A stretch of 64,000 nt of DNA, taken from assembly GCF_006345805.1 (NCBI RefSeq), contig NC_043010.1, positions 13,020,001-13,084,000 on the forward strand, in the 5' to 3' direction. Shown piece by piece: positions 37,630 through 49,452 of the stretch (its first letter is position 1; the number at the start of each line of letters is the position of its first letter). A model generated the notes under the pieces. That model had not been told where the DNA came from and made no database searches. It saw only the letters and a program-made list of their open reading frames with translations. The translations under genes and the position numbers were made by a program. The DNA comes from Octopus sinensis (lineage: Eukaryota).

Positions 37630-38040
37630 CTTTTCTTTTCTCTTTTACTTGTTTCAGTCATTTTGACTTTGGCCATGCTGGAGCACCGCCTTTAATCGAG
37701 CAACTCGACCCCGGGACTTATTCTTCTGTAAGCCCAGTACTTATTCTATCGGTCTCTTTTGCCGAACCGCTAAGTAACGGGGGACATAAACACACCAGCA
37801 TCGGTTGTCAAGCAATGCTAGGGGGACAAACACAGACACACAAACACACACACATACATATATACATACATATATACGACGGGCTTCTTCCAGTTTCCCT
37901 CTACCAAATCCACTCACAAGGCATTAGTCGGCCCGGGGCTATAGCAGAAGACACTTGCCCAAGGTGACATGCAGTGGGACCGAACCCGGAACCATGTGGT
38001 TGGTAAGCAAGCTACTTACCACACAGCCACTCCTGCGCCT
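37630..38040 (-). mobile_element. SINE family A, full length
   Basis: Family consensus match. Confidence 0.95.
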
Positions 38041-38216
38041 ATATTTTCACTTTTCTATGATATCAAAAGGGGTCATTGGTAAAAGGGGGTGTATCAGTGG
38101 TGCTGAGCATTTCCATTGGAATCTACCTGCTCTCAACCCACACTCATGTATGAATGTATGTAGGTAGGTAGCTAGATGGGTAAGAAGGTAGGTAGGTGAG
38201 AAGGTAGGTTGGTATA

Positions 38217-38293
<77 letters not shown>

Positions 38294-38295
<2 letters not shown>

Positions 38296-39533
38296 GGGTC
38301 ATCCCATAACTAATGCGGTTTTTTTCAATTGCATGAACAAAAAGTGGAAACTACCTACCTCAACTTGCTATAAAAGAAGGTGGTCGTTTTATCTTGTTCT
38401 TATTTTTAGTGCAAGTTTTGAAGAGTGCAGTTCGATTTTTACAGTTATTTTCTCAATGCTATATGCAAAGGAGCACATTTGGCATAATTTTCTTTATGAG
38501 TTCAATAAAGGTAACAAAGCAACAGAAAGGGCGAGGAATATCAATGCAGTATATGGGGATTGGACAATAAGTGTAAGCTGGTGTCAATAGTGGTTCCAGA
38601 AATTCTAAGCCGGAAACTACAACCTAGAAGACAAGCCTCATCCTGGAAGATCTGTAGAACTTGAGAAGGATTTCCTGTAAACCCTGGTGGAACAAAATCT
38701 CATTGTAGCTATTGAGGAACTAGCAGAGAAGCTTGGATTTGGTCATTCAATCATTCATTGATACCTGCATGCCATTGGAAGGGTCAGCAAATTGGGTCAA
38801 TGGGTTCCTCATAAACTTCCTGAGTCTAATCACGCACAGAGAGTGAATTTGTGCTCTTCTTTGCTTGCACCTACCCCGAATGAACCGTTTTTGGACCGAA
38901 AAGTAACTGGTGATGAGAAATGGGTTCTCTATAAAAATATCAAGCGCCAAAGACAGTGGATAGGGAAAGGAGAAACACCGGTATTCCAAGCTAAATAAGG
39001 TTTTCACCCACGTAAGCTGTTGTTATCTGTCTGAAGGGATATAAAAGGTTTAGTCTACATTGAACTTTTAAACCCAAACCAAATGATAACAAAGAAATCT
39101 GCTGCAAGTAGCTTAAGTCAGCACTAGAAGTAAAACAACCATCTTTGGCTTCAAGACAAAAGGTGCTCTTCCATCAGGATAATGTTCGGCCACATTCAGC
39201 AAGGAAGTTGACGCAGTTTGAATGGGAAACTATGCCCCATCCACCATATTTGCCAGACATTGCCCCATCTGATTATCATTTAGTCCACAATCTTCAAAAT
39301 CATTTGGATGGAAAATATATGAATTTTGTAGATGAGGTGAGAAAAGTACAAGAGGAGTATTTTTCATCAGGCACAAGTGAATTTTGGAAGAGGGGCTTTG
39401 CAAGTCAACCAAATAGATGGAAGAGCATTGTAGAAAATGATGCAGAGTATATTTTAAATTAAAAGAGAACTTTGTTTATCTTAATTTTGAAAAATAAAAG
39501 GATAAAAACCGCATTATTTATGGGATGATCCAA
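38294..39533 (+). mobile_element. Mariner (Tc1/mariner) DNA transposon, full length, inactive
   Basis: About 29-bp TIRs TAGGGTCATCCCATAACTAATGCGGTTTT / AAAACCGCATTATTTATGGGATGATCCAA in a TA run; about 1.24 kb. Confidence 0.96.
38456..39462 (+). pseudogene. Mariner transposase pseudogene
   Basis: WVPHKL, TGDEKW, HQDNVRPH and HPPYLPDIAPSDYHL motifs; multiple stops; D-to-D spacing is 30 rather than 34. Confidence 0.95.
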
Positions 39534-39555
39534 TATATATATATATATATATATA

Positions 39556-39800
39556 TCATCATCATCATCATCATCATTTAACGTCCATTTTCCATGCTAG
39601 CATGGGTTGGACGGTTCGACCAGGGTCTGGTAAGCCATGGAGGCTGCACCAGGCTCTAGTCTGATTTGGCAGTGTTTCTACAGCTGGATGCCCTTCCTAA
39701 TGCCAACCACTCCGTGAGTGTAGTGGGTGTTTTTTACATGACACCAGCACAGGGGCCAGAGTAGGCTGGCAAACGGCCACGATCGGTTGGATCTTTTACG
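39556..39800 (-). mobile_element. Repeat family C
   Basis: (CAT)n tail and family body. Confidence 0.88.
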
Positions 39801-40109
39801 TATATATATACATACACATAGGTTAGTTGAGCTAGAGGTTAAAATAGCCATCTAAGGGATAGAAGTACACTACAGGTATATTACCTATATTTAACCATGG
39901 GTATACACATGCAAACATATTATGCTCACAAGTTATTGATTAAGACAAGGAAAAACATGGGTTTATCAAAAAACCAAAATTTAAAGAAAAAGGAAAATGG
40001 TGAAGTCAGTTGTTGTTCATCTGTACTCTCCATTTTCTATTTTCTTTAAATTTTATACATACACATATAACTATATATATATATATATTATATATATATA
40101 TATATATAT

Positions 40110-40500
40110 ACTCTTTTACTCATTTCAGTCTTTTGACTGCGGTCCTGCTGGAGCACCGCCTTTAGTTGGGCAAATCGACTCCAGGACTTATTCTTTGTAA
40201 GCCCAGTACTTATTCTATCGGTCTCTTTTGCCGAACCGCTAAGTGACGGGGACATAAACACACCAGCATCGTTTGTCAAGCAATGCTAGGGGGACAAACA
40301 CACAAACACACACATACATATACATATATATATACATACAACAGGCTTCTTTCAGTTTCCATCTACCAAATCCACTCACAAGGCATTGGTCGGCCCGGGG
40401 CTATAGCAGAAGACACTTTCCCAAGATGCCACGCAGTGGGACTGAACCCGGAACCATGTAGTTGGTTAGCAAGCTACTTACCACACAGCCACTCCTGCAC
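40110..40500 (-). mobile_element. SINE family A
   Basis: Family consensus match. Confidence 0.95.
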
Positions 40501-40954
40501 CTCTATATATGTGTGTGTATGTGTGTGTGTGTATATATATATATATAACCATGGAATACCACACTTCATAAACAAGCATCATTTTGTGAGAGAAAAATCT
40601 TTGTTACAAGCAATGGTAGCAGCCACTGGCTCAGGAACAAAATTTGCTTAGTGGGTCCAAACCCAGATCCAAAAAATTTTTACAAACAAGGTCTCATTGT
40701 TTTTTTTATATTTATTTTTGTTCTTTATTTCTTAAGAAGAAATCTAACTTCGAGCTACTTTTTAAACCTGAAAAGTAAGTAGGGGTGCAAATTTTGATTT
40801 TGTACTCCACAAGCATTTATGGGGTGGACTCGCACCCCCTACACCCCCTTATCCCTGAACATTTCCCCAGTGTTCTTACTCTGCTCAAATGCATTTGGAA
40901 TACCTATATCTACTCTAAATCTGGATGCTAAAATAACAAATGCCACCAACTATT

Positions 40955-41700
40955 TCTTATTTCTTTATTGCCCACAAGGGGTTAATCACAGAGAGGACAA
41001 ACAAGGACAGACAAAGGGAGTAAGTCGATTACATCGACCCCAATGCATAACTGGTACTTTATTTATCGACCCCGAAAGGATGAGAGGCAAAGTCGACCTC
41101 GGCGGAATTTGAACTCAGAACGTAATGACAGACGAAATACCACTAAGCATTTCGCCCGGTGTGCTAATGTTTCTGCCAGCTCGTCACCACCAACTATTTC
41201 TAGTGAGTCTCTGACCTATTGAAGGAATTTATTTCATCATCATCATTTACAGTCCATTATCCATGCTAGCATGGGTTAGACTGTTTGATTAGAACTGGTA
41301 AGCTGGAGAACTATTCCAGATTCCAGTCTGTTTTGGTTTAGTTTCTATAGCCAGATGCTCTTCCTAACGCCAACCACTCCTTGGAGTGTACTGGGTGTGT
41401 TTAGCATGTCACCAGTACAAGTGCCTTTTATGTGTCACTGGTATGGGCACCTTTAATGTGCCACCAGCACAGGTGCCTTCTACGTGTCTCTGGCACAGAT
41501 GCCTGACATGTGTCAACAGCGCAAGTGCCTTTCACATCTCACCATCACTGGCCACAACTACCATTTCACTTAGCTCGACATGTCTTCTCAAGCACAGAAA
41601 ATCATTAAAAGTCTCAGTCACTTGCCACTGCTTTCGTCAGACTCAACATTTCACATGTACTCTTCCTCCCAACTACCCTAATGTACTTACTTGTACTTGT
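40955..41700 (-). mobile_element. SINE B1 followed by a long diverged family C copy
   Basis: Family motifs. Confidence 0.82.
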
Positions 41701-42115
41701 GGCGACATTCACCCTGGGCGGGTTGAGTCGGCTTCTTCTACCACCCTCGAGGCATCTCGAAGAAGTTGGAAGAAGTTTCGTGGGAATATATGGATTTCAC
41801 AAGCGGTCCCCAACAATCCCGCATGTAGAGACATCCTGTTTGCCGCAGATTGTCCGCAGACGCAGGGACAGAATGACCGAGGAGCCGCCGGTTGCTGAAG
41901 CAGACACTCCGAGGATTTTCACCAGAGCCCTGTCTGCCAGATTGTGGCCCTAATACCACTTGGTGTCAGACCAATCCGCCTTGGGTGGCCCTACCAGGAA
42001 CCGAAGTTCCCGACGGCATAGCTCTGACACTACCCATTGCCAGTGACCCAACCATGGTGAGGAAGGAATGGACTTTGGGGACACACCCTAATGTATTGGC
42101 TATAAACAGGGTCTA
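41700..42115 (-). mobile_element. RTE/BovB-like LINE 5' UTR
   Basis: GC-rich island containing GGTAGGGCCACCCAAGGCGGA, resembling the BovB-type 5' UTR motif GTAGGGCCACCCAAGA(C/T)GGA (recalled, not searched). Confidence 0.6.
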
Positions 42116-42913
42116 ACTTTCCTTTCAGACTACCTATTATCCCACTATTCCACCTAGTATATCTATAGTTAACACTGGGTACATTGCATGGAATTTCAAC
42201 ATTTTTTCACCATTTTTTTGGTATATCAAGCACAGCATTTCTTTGTTGATAGCAATGTCCTGCCTTTTTTTTCCACTTAACACAAATGGACTCTTAGCAA
42301 GGTTTACTTTCAGGCATCACAATTCTACATTTTGCTCTCTCTCTCTCTCTCTCTCCTCTCCTCTCCTTCTCTCACTGCCCTTCTCTCCCCTCTCTCTCTC
42401 TCTCACACACACACGCTTATCATAATTATTAATGTAAAGTGCCCTTTTGTTAATTTTTCTTTTAAAGAGAAGGTAACTTCAAGAAATGATGAATATATCT
42501 TGTATGTAATTTCATATTTTATTTATTTTATTTTATTTTATCTAGTTTCAGCTCACAAGCTGTGGCCATGCTGGGGCACCGCCATATACCTATATTTATT
42601 GTTATTCTCCATATTCCTGCCATTGGCTGCTCTGAATTATTTCTCTTACCTCATATTTGCTTAGATTATGCAATTACCCTAAACCATAAATGCATTCAAC
42701 TCTTTTCTCTATGTATCTATAATGTTTCCTGGATTAAGGTGGGATAATCACTGTGCTGATGATGTCTACTGAGGTAGAAATACATGGCATTATTACTTCC
42801 CTTGTCTCCAGTCAATCAGATAGTCTTTTCTTTAATAGTATGTCAATGTCAGAAGTAGAAGTGGGTGTGCAGGAAGCAATACTGGCACTCCATCAGTTAT
42901 GATGGAAAGGATT

Positions 42914-43376
42914 GAAGCTGGCTACCTGCGTGGTTCTTGGTCTCAAGCATTTGTCTTATGAAGAAAGGCTGAAGACACTCGACCTTTATTCTCTTGAAAA
43001 TGATGACGCCGTGGTGATCTCATTCTCGCTCAAACATCATAAGTGGAAAGTGTAACCTCTCGAAAGAGCTGTTCTTCACTCCTGCTCCAGAGCATCGGCT
43101 GCGGGGTCACTCTGAAAAGCTGTATCTACGACGATTTCATCTCAATCGAAGGAGAGGGGCTTTCTCCGTTCGGGTTGTGGATCCGTGGAATAAGCAGCTG
43201 GACGAGATAGTGAAGATGCCGACGACCGCTCGGTTCAAAGTCTCTCTTGACCAGAAATGGCCTGAACTCTTTGTTTGACCACCCTCCCTGTACATAACTT
43301 CCTGTCCCCCTAACATGGCCTTGCTTTTGCTTTTTGAGCCAATAAAAATTGAATTGAATTGAATTGAATTGAATTG
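42914..43376 (+). mobile_element. CR1-like LINE 3' end with (AATTG)n tail
   Basis: LGLKHLSYEERLKTLDLYSLE..RGHSEKL..FSVRVVDPWNK..FKVSLDQKWPELF*. Confidence 0.9.
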
Positions 43377-43710
43377 ATTATGGTTGATCTGATCAACAGA
43401 ACAGTCTACCCTTGAAATTAATGTGCAAATGGCTGACCACTCCCTTAATGTAGTTCACAAGAAGATTCAGCATGACACAAAATGTGACCTTTTGAATTCA
43501 GGTACAAATTATTTTTACCAGTTGAATGGACTGGGGCAACGTGAAATGAAGTGTCTTGCTCAAGGACACAACATGCTGGTAGGGTATCAAATTCACAACC
43601 TTATGATTGTGAACTGAATCTCCCAAGTCAGGTGCCCAGAATAAGAACAAGGTGGAGGAAAAACTAAAGGAACTAATGCTCTTTCTTGTAACAAAGGTTT
43701 TCCTTTTCAG

Positions 43711-43764
43711 AGTGAAGAGCAGACTGATACTTGTGTACGAAATACAACATAGCAAGATGGTGAG
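43711..43764 (+). other. Possible 54-bp exon (possible start ATG GTG AG at its 3' end)
   Basis: Acceptor TTTTCCTTTTCAG| and donor GAG|GTATGG; one open frame VKSRLILVYEIQHSKMV. Confidence 0.3.
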
Positions 43765-43896
43765 GTATGGGCCTTGAATTCCTAAGTCTCAATGGTTTGA
43801 AATGACTAGAAGGAAATGAAGTAAGCATCTTCAGTGGATGTGTAATTTTAGTGTGCATGAACAACTGAATAGAACTGAAATGATAGAATTGTGTAA

Positions 43897-44613
43897 AGGC
43901 GGCAAGCTGGCTGAAACGTTAGCATGCCGGGCGAAATGCTTAGCAGTATTTCGTCTGCCGCTATGTTCTAAGTTCAAATTCTACTGAGGTTGACTTTGTC
44001 TTTCATCCTTTTGGGGTCGATTAAATAAGTACCAGTTACACACTGGTGTCGTGTAATCGACATAATCCATTTGTTTGTCCTTGTTTGTCCTCTCTGTGTT
44101 TAGCCCCTTGTGAGTAGTAAAGAAATAGGCATATCATCTGCTGTTACGTTCTGAGTTCAAATTCTGCCGAGGTCGACTTTGCCTTTCATCCTATCGGGGT
44201 CGATAAATTAAGTACCAGTTATGTATTGGGATCGATGTAATTGACTTAATGTCCTTGTTTGTCCCTTCTATGTTTAACCCCTTGTGGGCAATAAAGAAAT
44301 AAGAATGGTGTTTAAGATAGAAAACTGCACTGGTATAGATGTGCAATGCATATGGATGATAACAGAGGACTAGACAAATGCATATTTCTTTATTGCCCAC
44401 AAGGGGCTAAACATAGAGGGGACAAACAAGGACAGATGAAGGGATTAAGTCGATTACATCGATCCCAGTGCAAAGCTGATACTTTATTTATCGATCCTGA
44501 AAGGATGAAAGGCAAAGTCGACCTCGGCGGAATTTGAACTCAGAAAGTAACGACAGACGAAATGCTGCTAAGCATTTCACCCGGAGCGCTAATGTGTCTG
44601 CCAGCTCGCCGCC
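43897..44613. mobile_element. SINE B1 tandem dimer (plus) and a SINE B1 (minus, 44385-44613)
   Basis: Family motifs. Confidence 0.92.
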
Positions 44614-45629
44614 TAGACCAGACAAATATAATGCTAGAGGGAAGACACTCCCCTCACATCCATATTTGCTTGGATGTGGTAGGGTATATGTTAAAATGGT
44701 GTTTGTGATGGAAGCTTAGACATTTAAAACATCTACATTTCAGCCTCCCACCCAATAAGTTCCTGTTCTGTCTCCAATGCTTTCCCCCCTTTCTTCAATA
44801 CCCTCCTCTCTTCTCTGTATTACCCATCTTCTTCCCTGTTCATCCCACCATGCTACCTTTGCAGTGAAGAATAGCACTGGACCTGACCATATCCAGTTCC
44901 ACCCCTGACACCACCCATATCCAGTTCCACCCCTCACACCATCCATATAATTGTTCCTCACCCTCTCTTATCGAGATGCCTGTGTAATGATTGATTACAT
45001 CAGATTTATTGATATCTGATACACCGCACCATCATTTTTTTTTGTAATTCTAGCAATCACTCCTCCCTCACCCAGATCACTTGTTATTGACAGTCATCAC
45101 CTCCTCTCCCCATATACCATTTCCATGATTATCCATCACTCACCCCCTTTCTTATCAATAAACATCACCCTCCTGTACTCTGAGCTACCGTTCCCTCTCC
45201 CAGAGGTCATCCATTATAGACACGCATCATTTTCTCTTACCAAAAACCATCTCAACAACAATGCATCACTCTCTTCTTTTCTCTTTCTACCCCTTTCTCT
45301 CTCTTTCTTCCTCTCTCTCTCTTTCTTAACATAATTAATGCAGTTGCTATGACTACCTCTCCCCTCTTACCCCTTGCCATCATTGTCTGTTGTTCATTAT
45401 ACTGTCTCTTCTATTAGTCCTTCCTTTACCAACTTGTCACCCTAATCCCACTGCTTTCCTTCACCTCTCATTCTGGTTCATCTTCTGTCTTCACTCTTGG
45501 CCACTCTGACATGAACAAACAGAGACTTTGTAACAGAGTGAGTACTTTTCCATTTTGCGAGTACAAGGCAACTTCACTAGTGCTGGTGCCACAATACAAT
45601 CCACTCAGCACATTCTGTAAAGGAGTCTG

Positions 45630-45842
45630 GGCCATTTACCCCTCATGGACAATAACACCCCCCATCGACAATTAATTACCCCTAAGGACAACAGATTATG
45701 ATTTTAAATTTCTTAATATATTGGAAAGAGGGTAATTAACCAAAGGGTGTAATTGTCATAGAGGGTAGTTGTCATCAGGGGGAATTGTCTTATGAAAGGT
45801 TATTGTTCGGGTGGTGGTGGTGGGGGGGGATAATTGTCCTGA
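45630..45842. mobile_element. Small fold-back element built of degenerate GGACAATTACCCC subrepeats
   Basis: About 4 motif copies on the left and about 6 inverted (GGG..AATTGTC) on the right. Confidence 0.55.
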
Positions 45843-45969
45843 TATGCTGTAAAGTGCTTGACAAATGAATGGAGACAGCATTAGCTGTGAATCCACTTTT
45901 GTCTTGTTGAAAACATAGCAACCTCTCTAGTGTTGGTGCCATGATAAAATGAACCCAGTTTATTCTGTT

Positions 45970-46220
45970 TGTTGCGTGGCCTAATGATTAGGGTATTGCT
46001 CTCATGATTTATAGGTCATGGTTTCAATTCCCAGACCAGTTGGTGCATTGTGCTTCCGAGCTAAAACACTTCATTTCATATCACACCAGTTCTCTCAAGT
46101 ACAAATGAGTAGCCCAACCAACGACAGACTAGCATCCCATTCAGAAGAGATGCTGTGATCTTCATCAGTTATACACCTTGGAAACTGAGTAACTGGCCTT
46201 ATGAGTCCTTAGGCTCACAA
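45970..46220 (+). mobile_element. SINE family E, diverged
   Basis: Family head and core. Confidence 0.75.
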
Positions 46221-46447
46221 CATAAACAAAAGAATACTCTGAAAAGGGGTCGATAGTAAAAAGAACATCCTGCTACAGAAACCCAGCCAAAATGGAAGAT
46301 ATAAGCAAGATGTGTTTCTCCAACCTTTCTATGAGGTTTGTTAGTTAGTCCAGATTATTCCATAAAGAAAATAGGGCTGCAACCATTTCATGCCAGTGGA
46401 CTCGATCTTGGGTTGCCTCCTTGATTTCAGACCAAGAGAGAGATAGT

Positions 46448-46756
46448 GGAGGTGCATGGCCTAGTGGTTAGAGTAGCGGACTCACGGTCGAGGGATCGCA
46501 GGTTTGAATCTCAGACCGGGCGATGTGTGTGTATATGAGCGAAACACCTAAGCTCTACGCGGCTCCGGCAGAAGGTAATGGCAAAACTTCTGCTGACTCT
46601 TTCGCCACAACTTTCTCTCACTCTTTCCTCCTGCATCTTGCAGCTCACCTGCGATGGACCGGCGTCCCGTTTCAGGTGGGGAACCTATACACCAAGGAAA
46701 CCGGGAAACCGGCCCTTATGAGCCAGGCATGGCTCAAGAAGGAACAAACAACAACA
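46448..46756 (+). mobile_element. SINE family D head with family E tail (tail type 3)
   Basis: D head to about 46630, then CCTGCGATGGACCGGCGTCCC..GGCCCTTATGAGCC as in 370-450 (minus). Confidence 0.9.
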
Positions 46757-46759
46757 AGA

Positions 46760-47105
46760 GAGAGATTGCCTGCTTTCGCTTCATCCTCCATTCACCCATT
46801 CCAGGTCCTCTTAGGTCATCCAGCTTTCTTCTTTCCTTCACGTCGCCCCAGTCTAACACTTGTCTGTTTCGCAGTCTTCTTAGAGTGAGACCAATCTAGC
46901 GCCATTTCCTTTTCAGAATTTCTTGGTTGATGGGAGTTTAGCTTGTTCTGTCTCACAGATTTCTGTTTGAGATTTTGGCCAGCCAGCTGATCTTGGGAAT
47001 GTAGCAGAGACATTTTATTATTCCAGGAGCTTAGTGAATATGAATTTGAACTGATTTGGACAGTGGTGACGTGTCCAACCAAAGCCAGCATGAGAGAAGT
47101 GGACA
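46760..47105 (-). pseudogene. Decayed RTE-clade LINE ORF2 C-terminal fragment
   Basis: KCLCYIPKISWLAKISNRNL*DRTS*TPINQEILKRKWR*IGLTLRR..RQVLDW, like RTE KCLRRILxIxWxxKISN..RRKWRWIGHTLR. Confidence 0.8.
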
Positions 47106-47145
47106 TAGATACAATGATGATGATACAGGTACAGAGACACATTTT

Positions 47146-47198
<53 letters not shown>

Positions 47199-47336
47199 GG
47201 AAAGAGAATGTTTATGTTTGTATACCTGTGTGTGAGTGAGCATGTGTATGAGCATATTTGTAAGAGTATGTGAGCACATGTATGAGTGCAAATATTTGTG
47301 TGCTTTGTTGTGTGTGAGTGAATATGCATTTGAGAG

Positions 47337-47862
47337 TGAAGTTAAGTTAAGTTAATTTTTTGGCTCAAAAAGCAAAAAGCAAGGCCATGTAGGGGGACAT
47401 GGAGTTATGTACAGGGTGGTGTTCATGCAAAGAGTTCAGGCCATTTCTGGTCAAGAGAGACTTTGAACCGAGCAGTCATCGGCATCTTCACTATCTTGTT
47501 CGGCAGCTTAATCCGCGGATCCGCAACCCAGACGGAGAAAGCCCCTCTCCTTCGAGTGAGATGAAACCGTCGCAGATAGAGCTTTTCGGAGTGACCCCGC
47601 AGCCGACGCTCTGGAGCACGAGTGAAGAACAGCTCTTTCGAGAGGTTACACTTCCCGCTTATGATGTTGTGAGGAAAAATGAGATCACCTCAGCGTCGTC
47701 GTTTTTCTAGAGAATAAAGGTCGAGCGTCTTCAGCCTTTCTTCATAAGACAAATGCTTGAGACCAAGAACCATGTGGGTAGCCAGCTTCTGGACTCTTTC
47801 GAGATGCTGTATGTCTTTGAGGAGATAAGGAGAAGAGGCTTGAATCCCGTACTTCAATATGT
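47337..47862 (-). mobile_element. CR1-like LINE 3' end, same family as 42914-43376, (AACTT)n tail
   Basis: ILKYGIQASSPYLLKDIQHLERVQKLATHMVLGLKHLSYEERLKTLDLYSLEKRRR. Confidence 0.92.
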
Positions 47863-47982
47863 GTTTGTGTGTGTGTGTGTAAACATAAATGTGTGTGGTG
47901 TGCATGTGTGTCTGAGTGCACGTGCATTTGTGTTTGTGCATGCATGCATATCTCTATGTATGTATCAATATGTATACACCTA

Positions 47983-48460
47983 AGGTAGGAAGCTGGCAGA
48001 AATGTTAGCACGCTGAGCAAAATGCTTAGCGGTATTTCGTCTGTCTTTATGTTCTGAGTTCAAATTCCACCAAGGTCGACTTTGCCTTTCATTCTTTCGG
48101 GGTCATAAATTAAGTATCAGTTGTGCAGTGGGGTCGATCTAATCAACTGGGCCCCTCCCCAAAAATTTCAGGCCTTGTTCCTAGAGTAGAAAAGAATATA
48201 TATACACCTAATTGCAATCATATAATATAGATATACTCTTTTACTCCTTTACTTGTTTCAGTCATTTGACCGTGGCCATGCTGGAGCACCACCATTAGTT
48301 GAGTAAATCGCACCCAGGACTTATTCTTTGTAAGCCTAGTACTTATTCTATCGGTGTCTTTTGCTGAACTGCTAAGTTACAGGGACGTAAACACACCAAC
48401 ATCAGCGATGCTGGGGGTACAAGCGATGCTGGGGGTACAAACACAGACACACAAACATAA

Positions 48461-48491
<31 letters not shown>

Positions 48492-48663
48492 CACATATAT
48501 GATGGGCTTCTTTCCGTTTCCGTCTACCAAATCTACTCACAAGGCTTTGGTCGGTCCGAGGTTATAGTAAAAGACACCTGCCCAAGGTGCCACGCAGTGG
48601 GACTGAACCCAGAACCATGTGGTCTGTAAGCAAGCTACTTACCACACAGCCACTCCTACGCCT
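47983..48663. mobile_element. SINE B2 (plus) and SINE A (minus, 48235-48663)
   Basis: Family motifs; 18-bp local duplication AGCGATGCTGGGGGTACA. Confidence 0.9.
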
Positions 48664-49006
48664 GTATATACACTCAAACATTAACAAGCATACATACACA
48701 TCTATTATACACAACAAAAGATATAATCAGATCCAAAGAATCTTTGTATTCACGAAATGCACACACACACATACACACACATGTAAACAGATACACACAC
48801 ACATTCACACTCACAAACGTAATAGAGACTGTATTTGTATAGATAATCAGTAAACCTAAATTACATAATAATTTCAGATTTACCCGCATTAAATTCAAAA
48901 TTTCTTTTTTGTACGAGCCAGGGAGCGCCTTCATAGTTGCACGACCCACAAGAACAAGCAGCCGAATTTCCCTCAAATCACACCTCACGATCTTAAAGAA
49001 TGACAT

Positions 49007-49169
49007 AGGCGTAGGAGTGGCTGTGTGGTAAGTAGCTTGTTTACCGACCAAATGTTTCAGGGTTCAGTCTCACTACGTGGTACCTTGGGCAAGTGTCTTC
49101 TGCTATAGCCCCGGGCCGACCAATGCCTTGTGAGTGGATTTGGTAGATGGAAACTGAAAGAAGCCCGTC

Positions 49170-49225
<56 letters not shown>

Positions 49226-49452
49226 ATGTGTTTGTGTATCTGTGTTTGAGTGTCTGTGTTTGTCCTCCCAACATCGCTTGACAACCGATGCTGGTGTGTT
49301 TACGTCCCCGTAACTTAGCGGTTCGGCAAAAGAGACCAATAGAATAAGTACTAGGCTTACAAATATTAAGTCCTAGGGTCGATTTTCTCAACTAAAGGTG
49401 GTGCTCCAGCATGGCCACAGTCAAATGACTGAAACAACTAAAAAAGTAAAAA
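49007..49452 (+). mobile_element. SINE family A, full length
   Basis: Family consensus match. Confidence 0.95.

Noticed and set aside
42756-42790. CTGATGA...GAAA spacing resembling a hammerhead
   Set aside because: Stem II is not adjacent to the core, and there is no NUH site with stem I pairing.
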